Source: an uncultured Eubacteriales bacterium
GTDB taxonomy: Bacteria > Bacillota > Clostridia > Oscillospirales > Oscillospiraceae
Direction: 5' to 3'
Assembly (NCBI GenBank): GCA_942492735.1
Contig: OW818648.1
Location: 2,245,591 to 2,309,590 of the forward strand
Length of the DNA: 64,000 nucleotides
Part shown: positions 25,970 through 33,783 of the stretch, piece by piece
How positions within the stretch are numbered: position 1 is the stretch's first letter
Layout: each line of letters begins with the position of its first letter
Position numbers and translations under genes: made by a program
Notes under the pieces: generated by a model
Seen by the model: only the letters and a program-made list of their open reading frames with translations
What the model was told of the DNA's origin: nothing
Databases searched by the model: none

Positions 25970-28033
25970 TTACGGCGCTGTTAACTGCACTGTGTTGGAG
26001 ACGAATTTGCCGTTTCCGAATACGTAGGTGATGGCGAAGTAATACGTTTTTCCGGATTCCAGACCTGCCTCTGCCGGAACGGTCGACCACCCCGATGAAC
26101 CGAAATCGGACAGTACGCAGATGTATCCGTCGTCGGGGTAAATCGGATTGGGGTTTGTCTCGGAAGCGACGACCTTGTAATAATGAAAGTCTTCATACGA
26201 CATTCCGTTATAAATGACGGTGCTGCCCGGTAGAGCTGACCAGTTAAACGACAGCATGCCGCCGTTGGATAGAACCGACAGCGCCGGAGATGAGAAGACT
26301 GGAGCCGTCGGGGCAGTGCAGCCCGGAATTGTGGCGGTCACTGTATTTGTGACGTATTTGCCATTACCAAAGACATATGTGACAGCGAAATAATACGTTT
26401 TCCCAGCTTCCAAGGTCGGAGACTTATTATAATTTCCCGCAGATGGATCGACGGACCAGCTGGACGAGCCAAGGTCGGAAGCGTAATACAGGTAACCATT
26501 ATCGGGATAGACGGGTGTTGAGTCCGTGAGCGAGGCGACGATCTTATAGTAGTTAAAGTCTGTATACGTCTTGCCGTTATATGTCACGGTTCGGTCGGGT
26601 ATGGATGTCCAGCTGAAATTCAGGGTATTGCCTGACGTTGAAACATTCAGCTGGGGAGCAGCCGCGGCCGGCGCCGTGCTCGGTGATGCCTCATTGTATA
26701 AAGGAACCGTCGTACTCACGGTATTTGTTGTGAATTTCCCGTTCTCAAACACGTATGTGATGGCGAAATAGTACTTAACGCCGGGCTCCAGCGTCGGCGA
26801 CTGGTTGTAATCGGTTCCGGACGGATCTACTGTCCAGCTTGACGTGCTGTATTTGGAAACGGCCTGCAGATAGCCGTTATCTGGATAGATGGGGGTCGGG
26901 TCTGTTTCTGACGCAACGACCTTGTAGTATGAGAAATTCTTATACGTTTTGCCGTTGAATGTAACGGAAGTACCGCTTAAAGGCGTCCATATAAACTTAA
27001 TCTTACCGTTTAAGACTGTCGCCGTTAAACCGGGGGAGAAACTACCGGATGGTGAAGGCGATGGCGAGGGTGACGGTGAGGGCGATGGAGATGGTGACGG
27101 TGACGGTGATGGTGACGGTGACACGTGGACCTCGGGCGTGGTGTTCGAAGGGGTGGCGCTGGGCGGAACCGTTTCAGAGGGGGACGGTGTTGTATCTGAC
27201 GGTTTTACCGACGGCGTTGCGTTTGTTGATGGAGTTGCTTCAGCTTGCGCCGCTTCCTGCAGGAGAGGCTTCGTTTGCTCATCGAGGCTGAGTTTGCTGA
27301 AAATCTCACTGATGGTGCTGTCCTTAATCTCCTGCAAGCTCATGGCGAAACCATAATCCTCAGCAAATTTGTGCAGGAGCAGCCTTCCGATAGAAATGTT
27401 GCTTGCTTTCGCTTCATCAATAAAGCGTGAATCATCGATATAGACCGTGACGATTTCTGCCGCCTCGTTTTTTTCTGCAGACTTCAGGATTTCCCGAAGC
27501 TGTTCTTCAGCTGTTTGGTCGGTTTCGGTATTATTCGGAGCAGCCGAAATGAATAGAATGGAGCTCGCCCCTAAGAAACCGTTCGCTTTAGCAAATTCGA
27601 CAATCTTATTAATGCCGTCGTTGATTGGCTTCGTTTTCAGGTCGAGCTGGTCAAAAATCATCTGCCCTGCGGCGTTTGCGAAAACAATATCAATGATCTT
27701 GTTTTCCTTGTTGATGCTCAGTTCGATACTGGGGTTGATATCAATTGAGATGACTGCCGCGCACGTTGCGTCGAACGACCCTTTCTTGTCAAGACCGAAT
27801 ATCCCAAAAATGACACCTGCGGCGACGAGGATAATAAGGAGTGCCGCTGCAAGGGCGCGAAAATCGCTCAGACGGAGCCGACGCATAGGCGCTGAAATGT
27901 CCTTATTTGAAAATGTGACCTGCTGGCCGAGCATATATTCGTTTTTTGTTTTAATAAGGACCATATCGCAGGTTTTGGTGAAAACGTACGTTTTGCTTTT
28001 TGAAATATCCATGATCGTACCGGTATGAATCAT
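25970..28033 (-). CDS. rsgI: RsgI-like anti-sigma-I factor: RsgI_N cytoplasmic domain, one transmembrane helix, (PS)n linker, three FN3-like extracellular repeats
   Basis: The N-terminus (MIHTGTIMDISKSKTYVFTKTCDMVLIKTKNEYMLGQQVTF) fits the RsgI_N pattern. It overlaps the upstream sigma gene by 4 nt (ATGA). A SPSPSPSPSPSPSPSPSPS linker is followed by three ~110-aa repeats (…TVTYNGKTY.DF.YYK(I/V)VAS.TD.TP(I/V)YPDNGY…YYFA(I/V)TYVF.NGK). Confidence 0.7.
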   Translation of the reverse strand: MIHTGTIMDISKSKTYVFTKTCDMVLIKTKNEYMLGQQVTFSNKDISAPMRRLRLSDFRALAAALLIILVAAGVIFGIFGLDKKGSFDATCAAVISIDINPSIELSINKENKIIDIVFANAAGQMIFDQLDLKTKPINDGINKIVEFAKANGFLGASSILFISAAPNNTETDQTAEEQLREILKSAEKNEAAEIVTVYIDDSRFIDEAKASNISIGRLLLHKFAEDYGFAMSLQEIKDSTISEIFSKLSLDEQTKPLLQEAAQAEATPSTNATPSVKPSDTTPSPSETVPPSATPSNTTPEVHVSPSPSPSPSPSPSPSPSPSPSPSPSGSFSPGLTATVLNGKIKFIWTPLSGTSVTFNGKTYKNFSYYKVVASETDPTPIYPDNGYLQAVSKYSTSSWTVDPSGTDYNQSPTLEPGVKYYFAITYVFENGKFTTNTVSTTVPLYNEASPSTAPAAAAPQLNVSTSGNTLNFSWTSIPDRTVTYNGKTYTDFNYYKIVASLTDSTPVYPDNGYLYYASDLGSSSWSVDPSAGNYNKSPTLEAGKTYYFAVTYVFGNGKYVTNTVTATIPGCTAPTAPVFSSPALSVLSNGGMLSFNWSALPGSTVIYNGMSYEDFHYYKVVASETNPNPIYPDDGYICVLSDFGSSGWSTVPAEAGLESGKTYYFAITYVFGNGKFVSNTVQLTAP

Positions 28034-28773
28034 TGCGCATTCGCCCCCTTTATGTACGATTCGATATACCCTTTTAAGATTTCCATGTCGCTTTTGAGAA
28101 TCAGATAAAGTGCGATGATGTACTTTCTGTTCTTTTCGACTGTTTTTCGGCTCAGGCTGAAGCTCGATAGGATCCCTGTTATTGGGAGTCGGCCGTCTTC
28201 ACTGAGTCTCGCGGAGAGCTTTTTATCCTCAAAAAGCTTTTTGGCAATGGCTGCGCACATCGCCCGGGTATCGGTGTGCTTCGGCGCGGATAGAACAAGC
28301 TCGTCAAAAGAGATGCTGTATCCTTGAAGAGAATTCTTGAACGATAATATTTCGTCCTGAATTTCAAATCGTTCTGTGAGGAGGAGCGGGGGATGAAAAC
28401 CGGCTGGCTCATAATCCTCCTCGCGATCATCTAAGAGGGAGGAGAACGGGTATTCCACGCCGAATCGCTTGTTTCTCCTGAAGTAGTCTATGACCCGTCT
28501 GTTGATGACAAGTCCGGCAAACCCAAGAAAATTCGGGTTCTTGCTGCTGTCAAAGACGTCAATCGCCTCATTGAAGGCTTCAAGCGCAACGCTGAATTCG
28601 TCGGTTGAATCTGCTTTTCGTCCCGTCATCCGCGATACAATCGACCGTATGTATTCCCAGTATGTCTTAATCAGATATTCTCTGATCTCGGTTTCACCGT
28701 CTCTCAGGCGATCAATCAGCTCTTCCGGCTCGAGTGAAAGACATTCGCTCTTAGTAGTCTGCAACATTCTCAC
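28030..28773 (-). CDS. sigI: RNA polymerase sigma-I factor (SigI-type sigma-70 family)
   Basis: …EYLIKTYWEYIRSIVSRMTGRK…EFSVALEAFNEAIDVFD…FLGFAGLVINRRVIDYFRRNK matches the SigI region 2 and region 4 pattern. It is immediately upstream of, and coupled to, the RsgI-like gene. Confidence 0.8.
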   Translation of the reverse strand: MRMLQTTKSECLSLEPEELIDRLRDGETEIREYLIKTYWEYIRSIVSRMTGRKADSTDEFSVALEAFNEAIDVFDSSKNPNFLGFAGLVINRRVIDYFRRNKRFGVEYPFSSLLDDREEDYEPAGFHPPLLLTERFEIQDEILSFKNSLQGYSISFDELVLSAPKHTDTRAMCAAIAKKLFEDKKLSARLSEDGRLPITGILSSFSLSRKTVEKNRKYIIALYLILKSDMEILKGYIESYIKGANAQ

Positions 28774-28964
28774 CGCCTATAAAATATAAAACGTTTTATT
28801 TCAGGCCATATTATATTATTCGCACGATTCGACATTTTTTGTAGGGTATCCAGTAAAATAAATTGTAATTTAGTAAATAAACGGAAACTGGATCATATTT
28901 CCGAATGAGACCGTCCATCAAAGAGCAAGGAATATTATGAATGTTAAGCGGAATGTTATTAAGG

Positions 28965-29137
28965 AAAACGATGTTTATAGGAGAATAGCGTGAAAAATGC
29001 TTTTCCCGCCCGGAAGAAACCGATTTGGCCGCCAAAAACGGTGGCGGTCATTTTCAAAGCGGATTGTATCCGCTTGAAAACACATCGATTTTTCCTAATT
29101 ATTTGTGCCGCCGCTTAGCGGCGGAATGGGGGTTATT
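28965..29137 (+). promoter_or_regulatory. Conserved ~175-nt leader element, copy B (homologue of 24896..25072), directly upstream of ku
   Basis: See copy A. It ends at GGGGGTTATT immediately before the ku ATG. Confidence 0.6.
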
Positions 29138-29947
29138 ATGGCAGTCCAACACAGATCCGTTATTTCATTCGGCCTTGTGGCGATTCCTATTGCGATGTAT
29201 ACGGCGACACAGGACAATGATATTCATTTAAATCAGCTTCACAAGGATGACAATGAGCGTATCCGTTACAAAAAGACGTGTGCCCACTGCGGCGAGGAGC
29301 TGACGTCGGGCGATATCGTCAAGGGTTACGAATACGACAAAGGCCGGTATGTGGTGATTACCGACGACGAGATTGAAAAAATAAAGACCGAAAAAGAGAA
29401 GGCGATTCAAATTCTTCATTTCTCGAAACTCGATGAAATTTCGCCGGTTTATTATGACAAGACATATATGGCGATTCCAGAGCCCGGCGGCGAAAGAGCT
29501 TTCGAGCTTTTGAGAGCAGCCCTGATGTCCGAGCAGAAGGTGGCCATCGGCAAAACCGTCATTGGAACGAAAGATACTCTCATGGCGATCATTCCAAGAG
29601 ACGACGGGATTTTGATTACAACACTATTTTTTAGGGATGAAGTCAAAGACCTGCCAAAATCATATACAAAAACTGAGTCTCAAAAGGCCGAGCTTGAAAT
29701 GGCGCGGATGCTGATAGGCACGATGGATACACCGTTCAATCCGGAGGAATATCGCGACGAATACCAGTCAAAGCTGCGCGATTTGATTGAAACGAAGATA
29801 GCGGGCAGGGAAGTTCTCACAGCTCATACGGAGAGCGCAGGGAACGTCATCAATCTGATGGATGCCTTAAAGGCCAGTGTCAAACAGGCAGCGAAGCAGC
29901 CTGACGATTCAAATAAACAGCCTGAAAAGCAAAAGGTCATGGCATGA
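29138..29947 (+). CDS. ku: Ku protein, the DNA-end-binding component of non-homologous end joining
   Basis: …ISFGLVAIPIAMYTAT…IHLNQLHKDDNERIRYKKTCAHCGEEL…KGYEYDKGRYVV… is the Ku core. The start at 29138 has a GGGGG ribosome-binding site. Confidence 0.85.
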   Translation: MAVQHRSVISFGLVAIPIAMYTATQDNDIHLNQLHKDDNERIRYKKTCAHCGEELTSGDIVKGYEYDKGRYVVITDDEIEKIKTEKEKAIQILHFSKLDEISPVYYDKTYMAIPEPGGERAFELLRAALMSEQKVAIGKTVIGTKDTLMAIIPRDDGILITTLFFRDEVKDLPKSYTKTESQKAELEMARMLIGTMDTPFNPEEYRDEYQSKLRDLIETKIAGREVLTAHTESAGNVINLMDALKASVKQAAKQPDDSNKQPEKQKVMA

Positions 29948-30885
29948 CGGATATTTTTGGAAAAAAAGAAATTAAGCCGATGCTCATCGGCGCGACGGGA
30001 GCACCGTTTGACAGCAGCGACTATATCTTCGAGCTGAAGCTTGACGGAGAGCGGTGTGTTGCTTACCTCGACCCCGAATCCGGCACCGATCTCAGAAATA
30101 AGCGCAATATGAAAATGCTGCCCAAGGTCCCGGAGCTGTCCGATATCCACAGACAGGTCTCGGTGCGCTGCATATTGGACGGAGAACTGATTATTACCGT
30201 CGACGGCAAGCCCGATTTTTTTGAGATTCAAAGACGTTCGCTCACGACAAACAACTTCAGAATCAAGCTTCATGGCAGCCGATATCCAGCCACCTTTGTC
30301 GCGTATGACATTCTTTTTGTTGATAAAACGGAGGTCACGTCGCTGCCTCTCATAACGCGAAAAAAACAGCTTGAAGCCATTGTCACGGAAAATGGCAGAC
30401 TTGCCGTTTCACGATACATTGAAGGACAAGGCGCCGCGTTGTACAAGCTGACTGAAGAGCAGGGTCTTGAGGGGATCGTCGCTAAACACCGCAACAGCCT
30501 ATATACATTCGACAAACGGACAAAGGATTGGATAAAGATAAAAAACCTGCTGGACGACGATTTTGTCATCGCAGGCTTTATTCGGAAGGAGAAGGGTGTA
30601 ACGAGCGCCGTACTGGGACAGTATGACGGTGCAACGCTGCTTTATAAGGGACATGTAACGCTCGGTGTTTCATCAGATGACTTCAAACTGATGGAAAAAG
30701 CAGCTAAGCGCGGGACAACGCCGTTTGAGGAGATGCCTCCGGGCAATGAGGGAGCAACCTGGATAGAACCCAAACTTGTCTGCACCGTTAAATATATGAT
30801 GAAAACAGCAACAGGCTCCATGCGTCAGCCCGTCTTTAAGGGCATCCGGTATGACAAGGAACCGTGGGAGTGTACGGCTTCATAA
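29944..30885 (+). CDS. ligD: ATP-dependent DNA ligase (LigD ligase domain only; no polymerase or phosphoesterase modules)
   Basis: The FELKLDGER motif carries the KxDG adenylation lysine, and OB-fold motifs lie downstream. It overlaps ku by 4 nt. The 313-aa size equals a ligase domain alone. Confidence 0.8.
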   Translation: MTDIFGKKEIKPMLIGATGAPFDSSDYIFELKLDGERCVAYLDPESGTDLRNKRNMKMLPKVPELSDIHRQVSVRCILDGELIITVDGKPDFFEIQRRSLTTNNFRIKLHGSRYPATFVAYDILFVDKTEVTSLPLITRKKQLEAIVTENGRLAVSRYIEGQGAALYKLTEEQGLEGIVAKHRNSLYTFDKRTKDWIKIKNLLDDDFVIAGFIRKEKGVTSAVLGQYDGATLLYKGHVTLGVSSDDFKLMEKAAKRGTTPFEEMPPGNEGATWIEPKLVCTVKYMMKTATGSMRQPVFKGIRYDKEPWECTAS

Positions 30886-31015
30886 ATTGAACCCTTAAAG
30901 TAATTTGTTTGAATACAGCGTGCTATCATTCAGAATGTGGATGGCTCGCATTGCATAAGGATAAAGTACGCGTATTGGGTCATCTGCGAAGCTTAATAAA
31001 GAAGGGTGAATACTC

Positions 31016-32986
31016 ATGGATTATGTAACAATTATTATTGGCATCTTGGCTGGTTTGCTTGTCCTATACGTTTTCGTTGCAAAAATTTTGGGACTGCGTG
31101 TCATCAACCCCAACGAGGTCGCCGTCGTCGAAAAGTGGTGGAGCTTCAGAGGCTCGCTCAAGGATTCCATCATTGCTCTAAATGGAGAAGCGGGATACGT
31201 ACCCGATCTTCTGCGCGGTGGTATTCACTTCAGAACTGTACTGATGTACAGGATACATCGATATCCGCTGATCACCATTCCTCAGGGACAGATTGCCTAT
31301 ATTTTTGCACGGGATGGCATACCGCTTTCTCCGGCGCAGACACTTGGTAAAGTCGTTCCGCAGGCAAACAATTTTCAGGATGTCAGAGGATTTCTAAACG
31401 CCGGTGGACAAAAAGGCCCACAGCGCGCCATACTCAGAGAAGGTACCTATGCAATTAACCTGTCTCAGTTCATCGTCATCACGTCAAATGAAATCAAAAC
31501 GATTTTTAGCGGAACAAAAGCCGAAATGGCGGAGATTTCGGTGATGCATCAGACGCTCGTCGAAAGAGATGCCTTCAAACCGATCGTCATTATGGGCAAA
31601 AGTCAGAGCGCCAGTGACTATATGGGCATTGTGACCGTTCACGACGGTTATCCGCTCCCACAAGGCGAGATCATAGCCCCGGATGTCGGAGAAGAACACG
31701 CAAATTTCCAGGACCCTGAGAAGTTTTTGGCACTCGGCGGATTTAAAGGAAAACAAATAAGAGCCCTGATCGATGGTACTTACTATATCAACAGACTCTT
31801 TGCAACAGTCGAATTTAAAGAAAAGACCGTTGTACCGATCGGCTTTGTCGGCGTCGTCGTCTCCTTCTTTGGTAAAGAGGGCGTGGATACGACCGGTGAT
31901 GATTATAAGCACGGCGAGCTTGTCGCTGAAGGCTGCAAAGGTGTCCTTGAGAGACCGCTCATGCCCGGCAAATACGCATTCAACACGGACGCTGGCAAAA
32001 TTGTTCAGGTTCCGACGACGAATATCATTTTAAAGTGGAACAAGAGCGAGGTCGGAGAACACAAGTATGATCAAAATCTCGCAGAGGTCGACATCATCAC
32101 CAAGGACGCATTTGAACCGGCGCTGCCGTTATCCGTCGTCATGCACATTGACTACAAGCAGGCTCCGTGGGTTATCCAAAGGTTCGGTGATATCAACATG
32201 TTGGTCAATCAATCGCTTGACCCGCTGGTCGGGGCTTACTTTAAGGATGTTGCGCAGACAAAAACGCTCATTGAGCTCATTCAGGAGCGCAGCGCTATTC
32301 GCGAACGTGCCCTCATGGAGATGAAAGAAAAGTTTGGCAAATACAATCTTGAACTCGAGGAAGTCTTGATCGGAACACCAAGGTCATCAAACCCAAATGA
32401 TAAGCAGATTGAGAATATACTGATGCAGCTCCGTGACCGTCAGATTGCCGAAGAGAAAAAAACAACGTATCACAAGCAGCAGGAAGCTGCCGAAAGCGAA
32501 AAATCACTGCGTGAAGCGGAGGCTGTCGCCGCCCAGCAGAGCAAACTTACAGAGTCGAAGATACAAATCGAGGTCGAGCGCAACAGCGGCGCAGCGCTGG
32601 CGAGTAAGGCGGAAATGGAAGCGAGCCAGATTACCGCGCTGGCAAAGGCAAACGCCGAAAAAGTAAGGCTGGAAGGCAACGCGGAAGCATCTAAAGAGCA
32701 GGCCGTCGGTATTGCCAAAGCCAATGCGATTGAGGCGCAGGTCAAGGCCTACGGTGGGGCTGAATATCGTGTCACGCAGGAAGTGATTGATAAACTGACG
32801 GATGCGATTAAAAATACGAAGGTTGATCTTGTGCCGAGGACCGTCGTCAATATGGGCTCTAGCACAGACAACAATTCGAGCAGTGGCAGCGTCGTTCTGG
32901 AAACGCTCTTAAAGCTGATCACGCTCGGCAAGCTCGGCGTTACCTTGCCGGAAACTGCAGCAATCGATGCATCTGAGGTAAAATAG
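31016..32986 (+). CDS. Flotillin-like SPFH/band-7 family membrane protein
   Basis: N-terminal transmembrane helix, a long SPFH region and a C-terminal Ala/Glu/Lys-rich coiled-coil flotillin region (EAEAVAAQQSKLTESKIQIEVERNSGAALASKAEMEASQ…). Confidence 0.65.
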   Translation: MDYVTIIIGILAGLLVLYVFVAKILGLRVINPNEVAVVEKWWSFRGSLKDSIIALNGEAGYVPDLLRGGIHFRTVLMYRIHRYPLITIPQGQIAYIFARDGIPLSPAQTLGKVVPQANNFQDVRGFLNAGGQKGPQRAILREGTYAINLSQFIVITSNEIKTIFSGTKAEMAEISVMHQTLVERDAFKPIVIMGKSQSASDYMGIVTVHDGYPLPQGEIIAPDVGEEHANFQDPEKFLALGGFKGKQIRALIDGTYYINRLFATVEFKEKTVVPIGFVGVVVSFFGKEGVDTTGDDYKHGELVAEGCKGVLERPLMPGKYAFNTDAGKIVQVPTTNIILKWNKSEVGEHKYDQNLAEVDIITKDAFEPALPLSVVMHIDYKQAPWVIQRFGDINMLVNQSLDPLVGAYFKDVAQTKTLIELIQERSAIRERALMEMKEKFGKYNLELEEVLIGTPRSSNPNDKQIENILMQLRDRQIAEEKKTTYHKQQEAAESEKSLREAEAVAAQQSKLTESKIQIEVERNSGAALASKAEMEASQITALAKANAEKVRLEGNAEASKEQAVGIAKANAIEAQVKAYGGAEYRVTQEVIDKLTDAIKNTKVDLVPRTVVNMGSSTDNNSSSGSVVLETLLKLITLGKLGVTLPETAAIDASEVK

Positions 32987-33012
32987 TCATGTAGCATCCG
33001 AATGAAAAAATG

Positions 33013-33046
33013 AGCCGACCGGGAAACCGGCTGGCTTATTTTTTCG
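33013..33046 (+). terminator. Intrinsic terminator after the flotillin gene
   Basis: agccgaccgg-gaaa-ccggctggct hairpin followed by tattttttcg. Confidence 0.55.
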
Positions 33047-33236
33047 TTTGAGTTACGGTAAGCACATGGGATTTGTACAAATGCAATAGGAAAATATTTG
33101 TAATTTTTGTAAAATGTACATATACAATATGATATTACAGTTTTATAATAAGATTGTTAAAACATTAATCAAGTAACCAAAATGGACAGATCCATCTTGC
33201 GCTGATTATTAAACAACTCGCGGGAAGGGAGAGAAA

Positions 33237-33689
33237 TTGATGGGTTATGAAGCATATAAACTTACTGCGAAGTTACAAAATATTCTGATGGATGATATAA
33301 CCGAGGCACTTAATGCATACGGGGCGGTGCTTGTTGAAAAATTCGGCGATACTGTCACAATGGAAATGGTAAGCGTGAACGGTGTCATTGATCTCGTGCT
33401 GAGCATCGTCAATCATATCAACGAGAGGTTTTCCCCGTCTGATAAAATTAAACTGAGCATACGTTTTGCCAAATCGAATAATGTCAGAATTGCGGATGAC
33501 GTGCTGCGGCTTTTAAGAAAGCTGACCGCACAGTTTGATGTCCTGTACATTATGGATAACGAAACAAAAAAATTTATTGATTTAAACGATACTGCCGCGC
33601 TGATAAAGTCGGTAACATACGCCAAGTACGACTTCGAGTACTATTTTCCAAAACATCAGCAGTTTGTTAAATGCAGTGTCGTCTTCTAG
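33237..33689 (+). CDS. Hypothetical 150-aa protein with no recognisable domain; preceded by a ~230-bp AT-rich tract
   Basis: The ORF has a GGGAGAG ribosome-binding site and no motif I can identify. Confidence 0.35.
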   Translation: MMGYEAYKLTAKLQNILMDDITEALNAYGAVLVEKFGDTVTMEMVSVNGVIDLVLSIVNHINERFSPSDKIKLSIRFAKSNNVRIADDVLRLLRKLTAQFDVLYIMDNETKKFIDLNDTAALIKSVTYAKYDFEYYFPKHQQFVKCSVVF

Positions 33690-33711
33690 TTGATCGTCAT
33701 TTTTAGTAAGA

Positions 33712-33750
33712 AGAGCCGAAAATGCCGCGCAGTGCGGACATTTTCGGCTC
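33712..33750. terminator. Bidirectional terminator hairpin between convergent genes
   Basis: agagccgaaaatg…cattttcggctct: a perfect 13-bp stem with ttttt on one side and tatgtttat on the other. Confidence 0.55.
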
Positions 33751-33783
33751 TATGTTTATAAGAATGTTTTAGCGGAATGCCGG

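Noticed and set aside
24896-29137. Integrated mobile element bounded by the two ~175-bp repeats
   Set aside because: No integrase, recombinase, transposase or tRNA lies at the junctions, and the content (a tRNA-thiolation-like gene plus sigI/rsgI) is chromosomal in character. I kept this only as an alternative explanation within the leader finding.
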